Source of the DNA: Basidiobolus meristosporus CBS 931.73
Taxonomy: Eukaryota; Fungi; Basidiobolomycota
Assembly (NCBI GenBank): GCA_002104905.1
Contig: MCFE01000588.1
Coordinates: forward strand, 1 to 55,437
Direction of reading: 5' to 3'
Length of the DNA: 55,437 nt
Positions 35,428 to 46,355 of the stretch are shown here, piece by piece. The notes below the pieces were generated by a model. The model was not told where the DNA came from. It searched no databases and worked only from the letters and a program-made list of their open reading frames with translations. The translations under genes were made by a program, and so were the position numbers. How positions within the stretch are numbered: the stretch's first letter is position 1; every line of letters begins with the position of its first letter.

Positions 35428-37063
35428 GTCTTGCGTGCTGGTGGGAGCAGAAGGAGTAGGGTGAGCAGCGGCCGGTGAGGGAGTAAGAGTAATATAGCGA
35501 AAGGCGAGATTCGCCGATAAAAAAAAGGATATAATCTGGTTGAAGGATTTGATCCCAGAGATGGAGCCGTACACCAGAATCCCAAATAAATCAGCCCATA
35601 TATATCCTCTGCATTGGCTGTGCATTATTGGTCCACACATATTCAATCATCCCTGACTGAACGTGGAAGGTGGGATGACTAATTCTGCAAGGATTTTTAT
35701 TAATAGCTAGATCTAGTCTATCCTGTTTGTACCAATGCGCGAGGCACTTTGGGTTTGGTGGGGTTGCGAGAACGTGGGAAGATCTATACTGCCAGCCATA
35801 TGCTCGGGGTATGTTCGAATCGCGAGGTTGAAACGGCCTTTGAGTTACGAAGCACCGCCTAGCCATGTGGCGGGTATTACTGCTCTCTCGAGGTCCTAAA
35901 TTCTCGCTCATGCGCGAATGGTCTGCCCCAGCAAGTAGCATGGGATGATAGTCGAGTGATTCTTCGTAACTGTGGCATCATCCATACGACCGGCATGCCC
36001 ATCTTCGGCGTGGAGGGCGCTTGCAACCCTTTGAGTGTATAAGGGTATCAATACGCTTTCTGGAGCAAATCAACGAAGAGGTACTTTGGTGGCCGCTGGT
36101 GAGTTGAACGCCTCGAATTGTCCGGCACAAAAGAGGATTATCCTATTTGGATGTAGAAGATACGTATCCCTGGTGTGCTTCCCTTCAGAAACTCCACTGC
36201 AATCCAGACACTGGCAATAACATCATCATTCCACAATAGACAGCCACCGATTCGATTCCCATATATGGCTCGAGATTGGAGAGTACTTGACATCTATGGA
36301 GCGTGATCCATGAGAATTACGTTTAAATGTTGAAAGAGGTAAGCGCTGAACATTTTGGATGTTTTCCTGTCACGCTTGCCATCAACGGTAGGAAACCTTG
36401 TGGAACGCATACCGCGTAATTGGGACAGGGTATGCAGGCGTAAGCTGGACCTTAATGAACGGGCTCAGGTAGAATCTTCCCTATTCCTCACCCAAAGGTG
36501 CTCTTTGTGCAACTGCTGGAGACTGGGTCAAACTTCGAATGGTATGGTCCTTTACCCGCCAGGGTGAATTCTCCACGCACTTCTTCATGTGGCCATTGAG
36601 AGTTGCTGAGTGAATAGCCAGCTTCACTTCTCATCATGAGTAAGCGGTAGCGATGCGTGGTTGCGTTCAGGCGGGTCCATCCCGGTGTGCTGGTGTGGGT
36701 TGAGGTATTTCTCAATTTGTGAGAAGGTTCTTAAAATCAGAGAAAGCTGTGGTACGTGGAGACTCGAGTATTCTCTGTGCCCATGCAGGCGGGTGTAGTT
36801 ATGGAATAGAAATACAATGGACCCCGGAAATAGCGTACACATCGAATATCTACCATCAGTTTACTACTATCCCAATCTTTCCAGAAGCCAAAGGGTAATT
36901 AAAAAACCATCCTGGTCAACGAAATCTGATCGATTTCCACCAATGGTCCATGGTTACATGCGCTCCGAGAGAGAAGGTTGGAGGAAATCCTTTATTGTCG
37001 CCACGATAGCTGTATTATGTTTTGTTAGTGATGGGATGGGATGGGATGGAGTGGGAATATGGG

Positions 37064-37633
37064 TCAAGGTAGCCATTTCCAGCAAAGCCGTTTCCCATCT
37101 GTGTCATCCCAAGAATCGTAACCTTGGCGGGAAAGCCAATATGCCATCCCGGGAAAGGTTTCAGGAAACGTATTTACGGTTACCAGAGGAGTGTTCCTGT
37201 TCCCGTTCCCGTTCCCTGCACCTTCCTCGAGTATATGCTCCTCTAGGATACTCATCAAACCATGTCTACGATACTCTCTTTCCACTCCAGATAGCCAGAT
37301 GTGAAGGCTATAGGTAGGTTTTGATTCCAATCCGGCTGGGCTACCTGCTTGGACTCTTTCTAAGATTACCTTAGGGAGCTTTTTTATATGGGTAAATGCG
37401 AAGCCTAATATCTTGTCCTCGGAGTTCTTGAGGTAATGAATCGCACCCCCATCTACCTTCAGTTTGCTTTTCCAGTTCTCCAAGCTCGAATAGGAATTTT
37501 CCGACGCTGCACTTCCTGTTTCCCGAGTAAACAGCCGTGTCGAGAACTGAAGCACTCTTTCAAGCTCCGAAGTCTCCTGGTTGCTGCTATGGATAACATA
37601 ATAGGAGTATTTTAAAGGGGGGTTGGGAGGCAT
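37064..37633 (-). CDS. GNAT-family N-acetyltransferase
   Basis: Motif A-like LHIWLSGVEREYRRHGLM and C-terminal TVNTFPETFPGMAYWLSRQGY; intronless, 189 aa. Confidence 0.8.
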   Translation of the reverse strand: MPPNPPLKYSYYVIHSSNQETSELERVLQFSTRLFTRETGSAASENSYSSLENWKSKLKVDGGAIHYLKNSEDKILGFAFTHIKKLPKVILERVQAGSPAGLESKPTYSLHIWLSGVEREYRRHGLMSILEEHILEEGAGNGNGNRNTPLVTVNTFPETFPGMAYWLSRQGYDSWDDTDGKRLCWKWLP

Positions 37634-38462
37634 TGATCGTGGAGGATAGAGAGGTTGGTTAAACCTTTTGCATTGGCCAATCGAATATCAATTTGGACGA
37701 CGGCTGCGGAAGATCCTATGGAAAGCCATTCTAGATGCAACGTTGAATATAATTCCTTTGATGTATCAACACGGTCATGTGACATCGGCGAGGGTTCGGT
37801 GGTTTCAGTGTTGTTGGTATCAGTCCAGTAGTTTAGGCACAAATGGGATGTTTGGCGACTTCCCACTCAAACACCGACTACTTTGGATACACCGGCCCAG
37901 GCTAATTTGCATTGATGATCAGGAACCTCTGACCACAGGATGTCTATCGAAGGCCACCATAGGGTTGATAACTGGCATGTAATACCTAGCACAGTGATCT
38001 ACGGGCAGGAATGGCATTGCTGCATGAATATCCAACTGACACTCGGTAGGGCTAACACTCTGATGATGCTGAGCGATTTCATAGCCACAGCTCAGACCAT
38101 CAGCACCTCGCATTCCGCCCTCATTCTTGTGAAAGGCGCATTCCAGCCACAAGCAGACTTCCATGCCATGTCGTAACAGCGACTTGGTTGCTACTGTTTT
38201 CGAGAATGTCTGTGGCGCAAGCAAACCCGATATCCTCAAGTGAATTTAGCACATTGGCAACCATTCACCAATCCTTTCGTTGATGATTTTGAATATGATC
38301 AAGTGGGATTGAAGGGCTGTATCCGTTGTTTGGGATGAAGCTGACGATGTATACGTGCAAGTGGCGGAGCCAAGTATATTAATCGCTAATGCATGATAGA
38401 CCAGCTGATCTCTTGTATAAGAGTGTTCGATGTCTTCAGTTCCTTCACCGCCAGAGCTAACG

Positions 38463-38817
38463 ATGAGACTGAGCTACCGACTTTGGTTGCTGCTACTAAT
38501 TGTGTTCTGCTTCACACTGACGGCCTCAGGGGAGAGCGCAAAAGGTATTCCTCACCTTGATGGTGAAAGTGACGCCACTGACTTTTGCCTCTCTAGCATA
38601 CATCGTCGAGTTCAAAGACGGCACCCCTCAGGAATATATCGACGAGGTTGCTAAGAAGGTTACTTGGAATGGAGGGCGCATCCGGTATCGCTTTCACACA
38701 CTACTTCACGGCTTTAGCGCGGTGATCCCGACTCACCAACTTCACGGGCTCAGCAAAAACCCGCGGATAAGCCGCATCTCCCCCGTTCGACAGTACCACT
38801 TGACATCCTCCACCTAG
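38463..38817 (+). CDS. Secreted stand-alone peptidase inhibitor I9 (subtilisin-propeptide-like) protein (2 exons)
   Basis: Signal-peptide-like exon 1, intron 38545-38596, then AYIVEFKDG...GGRIRYRF...LHGFSAVIP...NPRISRISP. Confidence 0.85.
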
Positions 38818-41800
38818 GGCCGTAAAGCATTGGCATAGCGCCAATAAACATTCGCAAAAGCACCTCGTAGATGTATTTGGATGGTTTATTGTTTGTGATG
38901 GTCAGTATTATGGGTCTGTGGAATTCGCATTAGTATGTTCTATTGCGCTTGTTTGGATGGCATGCTTTATCTACATAAAAGAGAACAAAGAGGATGTTGC
39001 TATATATTTCTGGTGGGGTTTCGAGCGAGCGCTATCTCAAGGTGAGTGTCAGGATGGCCGTCACTATTGCCAAGGCTAAAAGTAAAGTCAAAACCCAGTG
39101 CGCTTTCCGCCACCATCGAGATTCTCTTTTTTCCACCTCAGTTATCTCCACCTCCTCTGATTGAACGATCAGCAACTGGCCAAGCTACACTGAACATGAA
39201 AAGGGGTGTACCTGGTAAACTAGAATCAATGGCGATTTTGAAATCATGGTCAGCACTGACACCATAGAGCACGTCGTCAAGCTCGCTTCGCCTAGTTGAA
39301 GGTGCATGAAGCACTGACCTAAAAAGCAATGGACCCGATTTAGTTACCCTTCTGCCTGTAGGAAGGATCCACATCAATACCCTACATGTTGAAAAGACCG
39401 GAAGTAAAGTAAACTGTCTGACCGAAACGGGCAGATTTCGAGGCAGCGAAGGAGAGCGCATCCCTTTTTAAAGCTTTCCGACTCAACGGGCTGTGGTGCA
39501 GATCTGCTTCTGTGGAGTGGAGGACCTGGATTTTATCATGGAGAATCAGGATGGATCAGGGTGTTTGATTCCATCCAGCATTTTAATAAGCCGTCTGCAA
39601 TTGACGTCGCAAAGCGCTACGTAAGGTCGCCTTAAGATACCAGATAGGCTTAGTGATTGCCATTTGACTGGTGGACTACTTCAAACCGAACTTCAACTTG
39701 ATCAAATCCGTTTCGATGCATGAGGTGTGGCTCGTTTTGGACTGTTTCAGCGAGGGATTGATTCAGATACTCGGGATTGTGGCATTTGTGGTGGATACGC
39801 TAGGCTTTGAAGGCATGTTGTATTGGGTAGAAGCTTCATGTCCATTGGTCTGATTGCCCTAATGCATCAGCGCTTGCCCAACAATGCGAGGTTTGTATTG
39901 ATGTTCTCAATATCAGCCATCTATCTGGCAAGGCATTGTGCAGCCGATGGCTACCTGGGAAGCAGAAGCCCTCTGTCAATGCTCCCATCGTATCGTAAAA
40001 ACTCACAGTTTATTTTGGTAAAGTGCCAGTCGCTGTTTCGGTACCCCCTCCACATAATTTTCATCATTACCTTGGATGCTGTATTCAGTGAGCGCGTTGT
40101 CCCCACCTCGATCTCCAAACCACGACGAGCCGAATCCAACCCACCTACGAAGAGGGTGAGGATGCACGTATTCAGCTATGATTGAATAGCTCAACCACGC
40201 CATTTCAGATGGAGATCATTTGCAAGTTGAACAGCATCAAGACTTCAACGACGTGCTTTGCGAATAGACCAAATTTATTACATTTCGAATGTGAACATTA
40301 ATCAATTTAACAGAATGATGTTGCGATCCATGGAGTGGATAGGCCCCGAGGATGGAGTATGCGATGACGAGAAGTTCAGGGACTGCAGATTTGACAGACA
40401 CCTGCGGTTAATGGAGAACTTGGTTGGTATCGTGAACCTCGTTGGTGGTGGCTACTGCCTTTGGATAATCGTGAATGTGGACTTGGTTGGTTTCAGAGAC
40501 GGCGTTTGAGTCCTGGACTGTAGCAACGATGTCAACCTGTTGAGCAGGACCGGTGGAGTTGGGGTGTGCTTTTCTTGATGCTTCCATTTGTGTTGTTGTG
40601 TAGTGCAGCGGGGAAAGGAGGGTATCTGAGGTGGAAGGCCTTCCGAGTTTGCTTTAAATACTCGAGGCTCTTCTCCGCTTCAGTAGAGGGAGATGGTCCG
40701 GAACACAACATTCCTTCAGATTGCACAAGATCGGATAGATTTGATAGTTGGCATGTGTTAATTCCGTTTCGTTGGAACATGCATCATGAGCATTCGGCTC
40801 AAAAGTGATTTAATTTATCTGAGAAATCCGTCTCCCGGTCATATGAGCTCCATCATCACGTCCGTGTTACGTATAACCCACTTATTTATGACAAGCCGAG
40901 TGTCAGCGATGAGTTCACTGCTTCTTGTACGGTGGTACTTCCACAAAAGGCCATAATGTGGTCTGTTGTGGGTATCCAGATAATCTTGGATTGCAACCAA
41001 TATATATACATATATATATATACATATACATTACGCTTACCAAGCCCTTGAAGCCGACATCTGTATAGCAATAGTACTATTATATATACTATTTCATGCT
41101 ACTCTCTTCCTAATGGCGTGATCCCATTTCCATGAGGATATATGAGCACCAACAAGACATGATAGCTGTGATTAACAGTGACTGATAATTCATCAATCGA
41201 TATTCGTAGATTCGATTTGTACTAGCTTTCCATGGTGGCGGTGGCCAGTCCGAATTAGGAAAAATTCATAGAAGACGAGCATCATCTGAGTAACGTTGCT
41301 ATCAAATGAAATTTTATTGCGTGACAAGGTGATGGAGGTGGGCACAGAACAATTATCAACGATAACTTGTTCTCAGAAATTCCCCTTCGACGGAAGCATC
41401 GTGGACTTCATTGGTGGCTAGACCACTTGGTGGAGCCTTCTTTGCCGCTTCCTCGCGATCAAGCTGCTCTTTTGCTTGTTTCTTACTTAGCTCCCGGAAA
41501 GTAGTAGAGTCTGAGGACATCTGTGTCCTGTCTTGGTTAGAGGGGTCGGATTCTCTAGTCTTCGAGCGTGTGTTCATGTTGTGAGGAGCAGTGATTCTGA
41601 AATTTCCGTGGTCTCTTCTGAACTTCTTATACCTTCATTCCCTGACTCAAGTGGATCATCTATGCACGGAGATGACGTTGTAGAACCTGTTCTGCCTGGG
41701 CATCCATCTCATTGAATCCACGTCACTGGAGGCAGTGTCCTTGGTAGAAACCACCCATGTAATGAAATCATACCTGGCAAATCATGTTCTGGCGCTCTTC

Positions 41801-42520
41801 ATCTTCAACAATACAATCGTTGCTGGGAAACCATAGCCACTGTGGTGCCGGATGATGTGTTCGTTGTGCCTATCAAGTGATATAGCCAGCAAGGCCAAGA
41901 TCTTGTATGTTTTTGCAGTTGGCAGACGCTCCACTGCCATAAGGTGCTTACTAAGGGCCATGGGGACGTAGCTCCAATAGGTCTCATCGTCGTACTAATC
42001 AGTTATACACGTTGTGTTTGGAGCACAACTGCGCTTCTCTTGGGACTGGGATTTAGCACGTACACTGGCCAATTGTTGGGCCCGCTCTATTTGTGGGAAC
42101 GCCCGGGGTGATCAGATTTGGAGTGTTGGGTTGGAGGTGACTACAAGATGCCTTTGCCAAATTATCCCGTTGGAAAATATCCTTCCGAGAGATTGGTCAC
42201 GCATTCTGTCCAACTTATTCTGCTCTTTTCCATTCCAAACGAAAAGTTCAGGATTGATGGCCGATCAGATTCCGGAACGTATTGACCTGGAATGCTCCAG
42301 CCTGCCCATGGTCTCATGACTGATTATCAATTGCGGTCTTGGGTGAATGTTGGTGAGTGATATCCGACAGGGCACCTGTGATCATCATCATGATTGTTTG
42401 ACCATGGCAGTGATTCATTGGATCCATGTCTTACTGATCAGTGAGTAAGCGTATAAAGCAACCCAAGCAGTGTTTTGCGTAGTAGAGTAAAAGGCACTAT
42501 CACTGACAGTAGACATCGCG

Positions 42521-44791
42521 ATGGGAGCTCCTCGTAGTCAAATCCAGATGGATCTAACTAAAGAATGGTTTCAAAATAATATAAGGAAGCTATTGGGTAG
42601 CGTATTGCGCAGATTTCAATGATCCGTCTTTGTATGCTGTGTTGTTAACTCTCTGCAATGTAGCACAACAGAACCAGAATTCCAAGCCATTGATCAAGGA
42701 TTTGCCACTTACTTCTGCTCATGCCTGTCCTCCAAAAGTGGGCCTCCGGGAGCTCGGTTTAGCGGGTAGCTCAAAGCTGCCAGGATACAACCATTCCTTG
42801 ATACTACCTTTACACAAACAAATCAATGCTCGTTTACAAGCAGGGAGGCTACAGAAAAGGAAAGACCTTTGCCATCGTGGGATGGCCTGTAATCCGGTAC
42901 GTAAGACTGAGGCGGCGACAAGTACCTCATCCTCCGACGAATACGAGGAGAAGAGGGTGCCTCGTCAAAAAGCTAGAGCACTTAGGCGAGTTCAAAAAGG
43001 AGTAGCAGGAGAGGATTCCGAGACAACAAATACTAGGGTGCAAAATCGGCCCTGCCTCTCCTACAAGTTACTGAGGCCTTATGAGTGCTGCCGAAGTTGC
43101 CGACATAATGCAGCGGGCTTGTGTCGGTTTCAGGGCTTTCGCGTATTAAGGAATTACCAGATAAAAAATGTATTCTTGCCCGTTGCAAAGGATGCCGAGA
43201 AGCTAAGTATACACAGCTCTCGTGTGGCAGGATTGAACTCGGATGAGGTGATGTACATCAAGCGGAATATTGGCATGGTAGTTGGATCAATTCTCCAAGC
43301 TGAGGTGACATTTCTTCAATTCGATGACTGTTTACATAGGCCAGCCGGAGATGGTATTCGCATAGTTTGTGATGTTTGCCACATCGACATATTCTGTGGT
43401 TATTGGTTCTGCCAAAGTTGCGGCAAGGAGACTTGCCAAGCATGTCATGTCGAGAGGGAGGAGGAGGAGGAAGACCTATGCGAAGGGATCGCTCCTTCGG
43501 AGAGTTATAGCCACAAGTGGCTCCGTGTTTGCCAACTGGATCCAACAACTATTTTTAATGATATAGAGAGATTATCGGCCTTTCATGGATCCAAAATGAC
43601 TGACCCGCACACCCCGATGCAGTCGACTGCCCGCGTTGGCCAGCCTCATTCTTGTAGTTACGCGAGGCCGGGGACCTTCGTTTCAGCACTTGGCGAGGGA
43701 TGGGTTAGAGGGGAAGTAGCAGTAGTGAGCCTAGATATCACAGCGATTCATAGAAATTGGAGTTCGGCCCATTTCATCCCTTTCTATCTTCAAGCTAGTT
43801 TGTTCAAGAATGTAACTTATGGAAATGAGACATTCATTACCCACACAAGCAGGTTAAACATTGAAAAAAGCGCCTTTCGCGATCCGATATCAATTGCCTT
43901 CACCGTATGTCTTGCCTAGTTTTGCTGAATCAGACCCTGTCCCAAGGTACTTACTGGTTTTCTATACAGTGTTGGCCATTTGTAGAGAATTTCTCGGCTA
44001 AGTTCCCCGAACACTGGATAGACATCAAGCATTTGCTGATTACGAATAGCTTGTCGGAGTATATCCTCCCTACGGGGAAGCTCAACCTCTTCAGCTATTT
44101 CCCGAAAACAATGATCCAACCTGAGCTCGCCCCCAAGTTGGAGATCTTTCATGACGAATCAGCACAGCTATCTATGAATGATAGGATGGCGCCGTTACAA
44201 TTCGCAGCTACCGACACCTTCAACATAATTCTCTCGGCACAGCATGGTGCCACGAGCACTAATGCTGCCGCCCTAGCAAACATCGCATGCGGTGCATTGA
44301 CTGCTGAGAATCAAGAGTCTGCAGCTGTCTGGCATGTTTTCACGTACGACAAGATTCCACTCTTGAGGGAATATCTTCGCAAACAGATTCATATCGTAAG
44401 ATCCAAAGATCCTATTCATGAAAGGCTGCTCTACCTTGGTAACTCACAGCTGGAGCAATTCTCTCAGCAGTATGGTAACCACATCCAAACCATTCATCAG
44501 AAAGTGGGAATGGCAGTCATTATCCCTGCGGGCTCTATCTACCAAGTACTCACTTTCCGAGATTGTGTTAAGTTTCAGATTAGGTTTTTTTCTCCCGAGC
44601 ATATGTCCAAGGGGATGGAGGTTTCTCGTGAGGCCTGTCGTAATCAGAGCCAGGTTGACTTGCTTCGGTATGAGCAAGTGTTGTATTACGCTTGGCTTGC
44701 GCTAAACGACCCAAGCTCCGAACACAGTCGTTCTCTCCGCCCCAAGAGGGCCAATAAGTGCAACCTGCGGTGTGCCCAATCACAAGGCTGA
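42521..44791 (+). CDS. KDM3/JMJD1-like zinc-finger plus JmjC protein, predicted catalytically inactive (at least 3 exons)
   Basis: CRSC...CRFQGFR, CDVCHIDIFCGYWFCQSCGKETCQAC, CWP..E.F...FP, GKLNL, PELAPK, AVWHVF, DPIHE, IPAG..YQV, VKF...FFSPEH. Introns 42597-42663 and 43905-43969. Confidence 0.88.
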
Positions 44792-45722
44792 TGGAGTGCA
44801 TATTGCTGCCGTTCGTTCTCTTGATTTTTTTATAAACTGCCTGCACACAAACAAACGACAACCGAAAGTGAGCTTTAAAAATGAACCGAATCGAACTGAA
44901 CTGAACATATAGTAAGCCACTTGTAACTGGCCCCGCGTCAACAAGATTGAAATAAACTAGGAATTTTGAGATTGAATCTCATCATGCGAGGTCATCTCAA
45001 GAGCAAACATGGCCTCAAAGGTGAGCCCAATGTGGCTGCAACTCGTGCTTCATATTGTATGGCAATGAGTAGCACTTGATGTAGCAAACACTGGAAGATA
45101 AAATCGAATCCAAACCGTAGATTCTCGCGTCATGACTAGCGATCGCAGATACACAAGCTCATATCAGCATCGCACGTGCCGGATTTACGATTTCTTAATC
45201 TACTGAAGCTCATCTAATTTTCGGAGGATTTTCGGATCATTCCCGTTATAGCCGACACCCTTTGTCATTCAAGATTGATAGCCCAAAGAGAAATAGCATC
45301 GGGCTTGTGTTCTTTGAGGACACTGCTCATTCATAGCCTCGCATCTTGATGAGCGTCCTTAAAGCCTATCAAAAAGTAGCAAAGGTGGGAATTCTCTAAA
45401 GGGATTCTATCTCCAATCCTGCAATGGTACCAAAGAATTCCCATGCGAGCCTTCCGTGCACACGGAAAATCCTCAACTCCGTGATCATGACAATTTATAT
45501 TGAACATTGCTCCTATATGTAATAAGCTTGTGCCACTCTAAATCTGCGTACACCCGGGATTTCCCTAGATTCTTCCGAATTTTCATTTCTTGAAAACTGA
45601 TCACCGAAACGATAATAAAAGCGAGCAGGCGTTGTGACTTTTGGTTCCTAACATCTTTCTGACCCGTACTTCTCTCTTTACCTGAAATCCCTTCATCCTT
45701 TCTCTCCCAACTTTTTCCGGAA

Positions 45723-46355
45723 ATGCCCAAGGGACTACCAGCTATCAATATTTTAAACCGTTCCAGAGTTAGCACTCCGGTGCTAACCCTCCTTCGACGA
45801 TACCAAGTGCCAGTAACTCAGGCAGCAGAGTTAACTGACGATCAGATTTTGTACAAGGAACGTGAAGATTTAGAAGTTGTGAAGAAGCTGAGGGAAGATC
45901 CTAATCATTCTATCATGGCTGCCTACAAATTTTTACCAAAGAATGTTGAGCCAACACACTTGACAGGCTATACCTTGAACAGGCCCGGGGAATTGGCTTT
46001 ACCGCAGCTTGTCTTTAGACACAACAAGGAGCCGAAGTTGACCACTGTAGTGCATTTGGGTAAGAAGTTAGCTGGTCACCCAGGCATTGCCCATGGTGGC
46101 TTCCTGTGCACCCTTCTTGACGAAGCACTGTTTCGAGCCGTAATGAACCAATGGCCTAACCGCGGTATCTTTACGGGTCAGCTCAACGTCAAGTACCTGA
46201 AACCAGTGTTTACCGACCAGTTTGTGTTGGTGAGATCCGAAGTTGAGCGTGTCGAGGGAAGAAAGGGATTTTGCAAAGGAACCGTGGAGGATATTGATGG
46301 AAATGTTTTGACCGAGGCAAACGGAATCTTCATTGCTACCAAGGAAAAGAATTAA
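45723..46355 (+). CDS. Hotdog-fold acyl-CoA thioesterase (PaaI/4HBT, THEM4-like)
   Basis: LAGHPGIAHGGFLCTLLDE and FTGQLNVKYLKPV motifs; intronless, 210 aa. Confidence 0.9.
   Translation: MPKGLPAINILNRSRVSTPVLTLLRRYQVPVTQAAELTDDQILYKEREDLEVVKKLREDPNHSIMAAYKFLPKNVEPTHLTGYTLNRPGELALPQLVFRHNKEPKLTTVVHLGKKLAGHPGIAHGGFLCTLLDEALFRAVMNQWPNRGIFTGQLNVKYLKPVFTDQFVLVRSEVERVEGRKGFCKGTVEDIDGNVLTEANGIFIATKEKN

Noticed and set aside
34791-35585. 264-aa ORF as the carrier N-terminus
   Set aside because: Only its middle (LVLKLVNG...YKGG) is the true exon 2; the rest reads through UTR and introns.
35800-35850. GTTCGAATC resembling a tRNA T-loop
   Set aside because: The flanking 5-mers do not pair as a T-stem, and no D-arm or acceptor stem is visible.
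40995-41030. (TA)n-rich tract, and other short tandem repeats at ~25430, ~34225 and ~37030
   Set aside because: Ordinary microsatellites; none is telomere-like.
29771-44791. A cis link between the inactive JmjC gene and the adjacent TE boundary
   Set aside because: The protein would act in trans; 13-kb proximity is not evidence.
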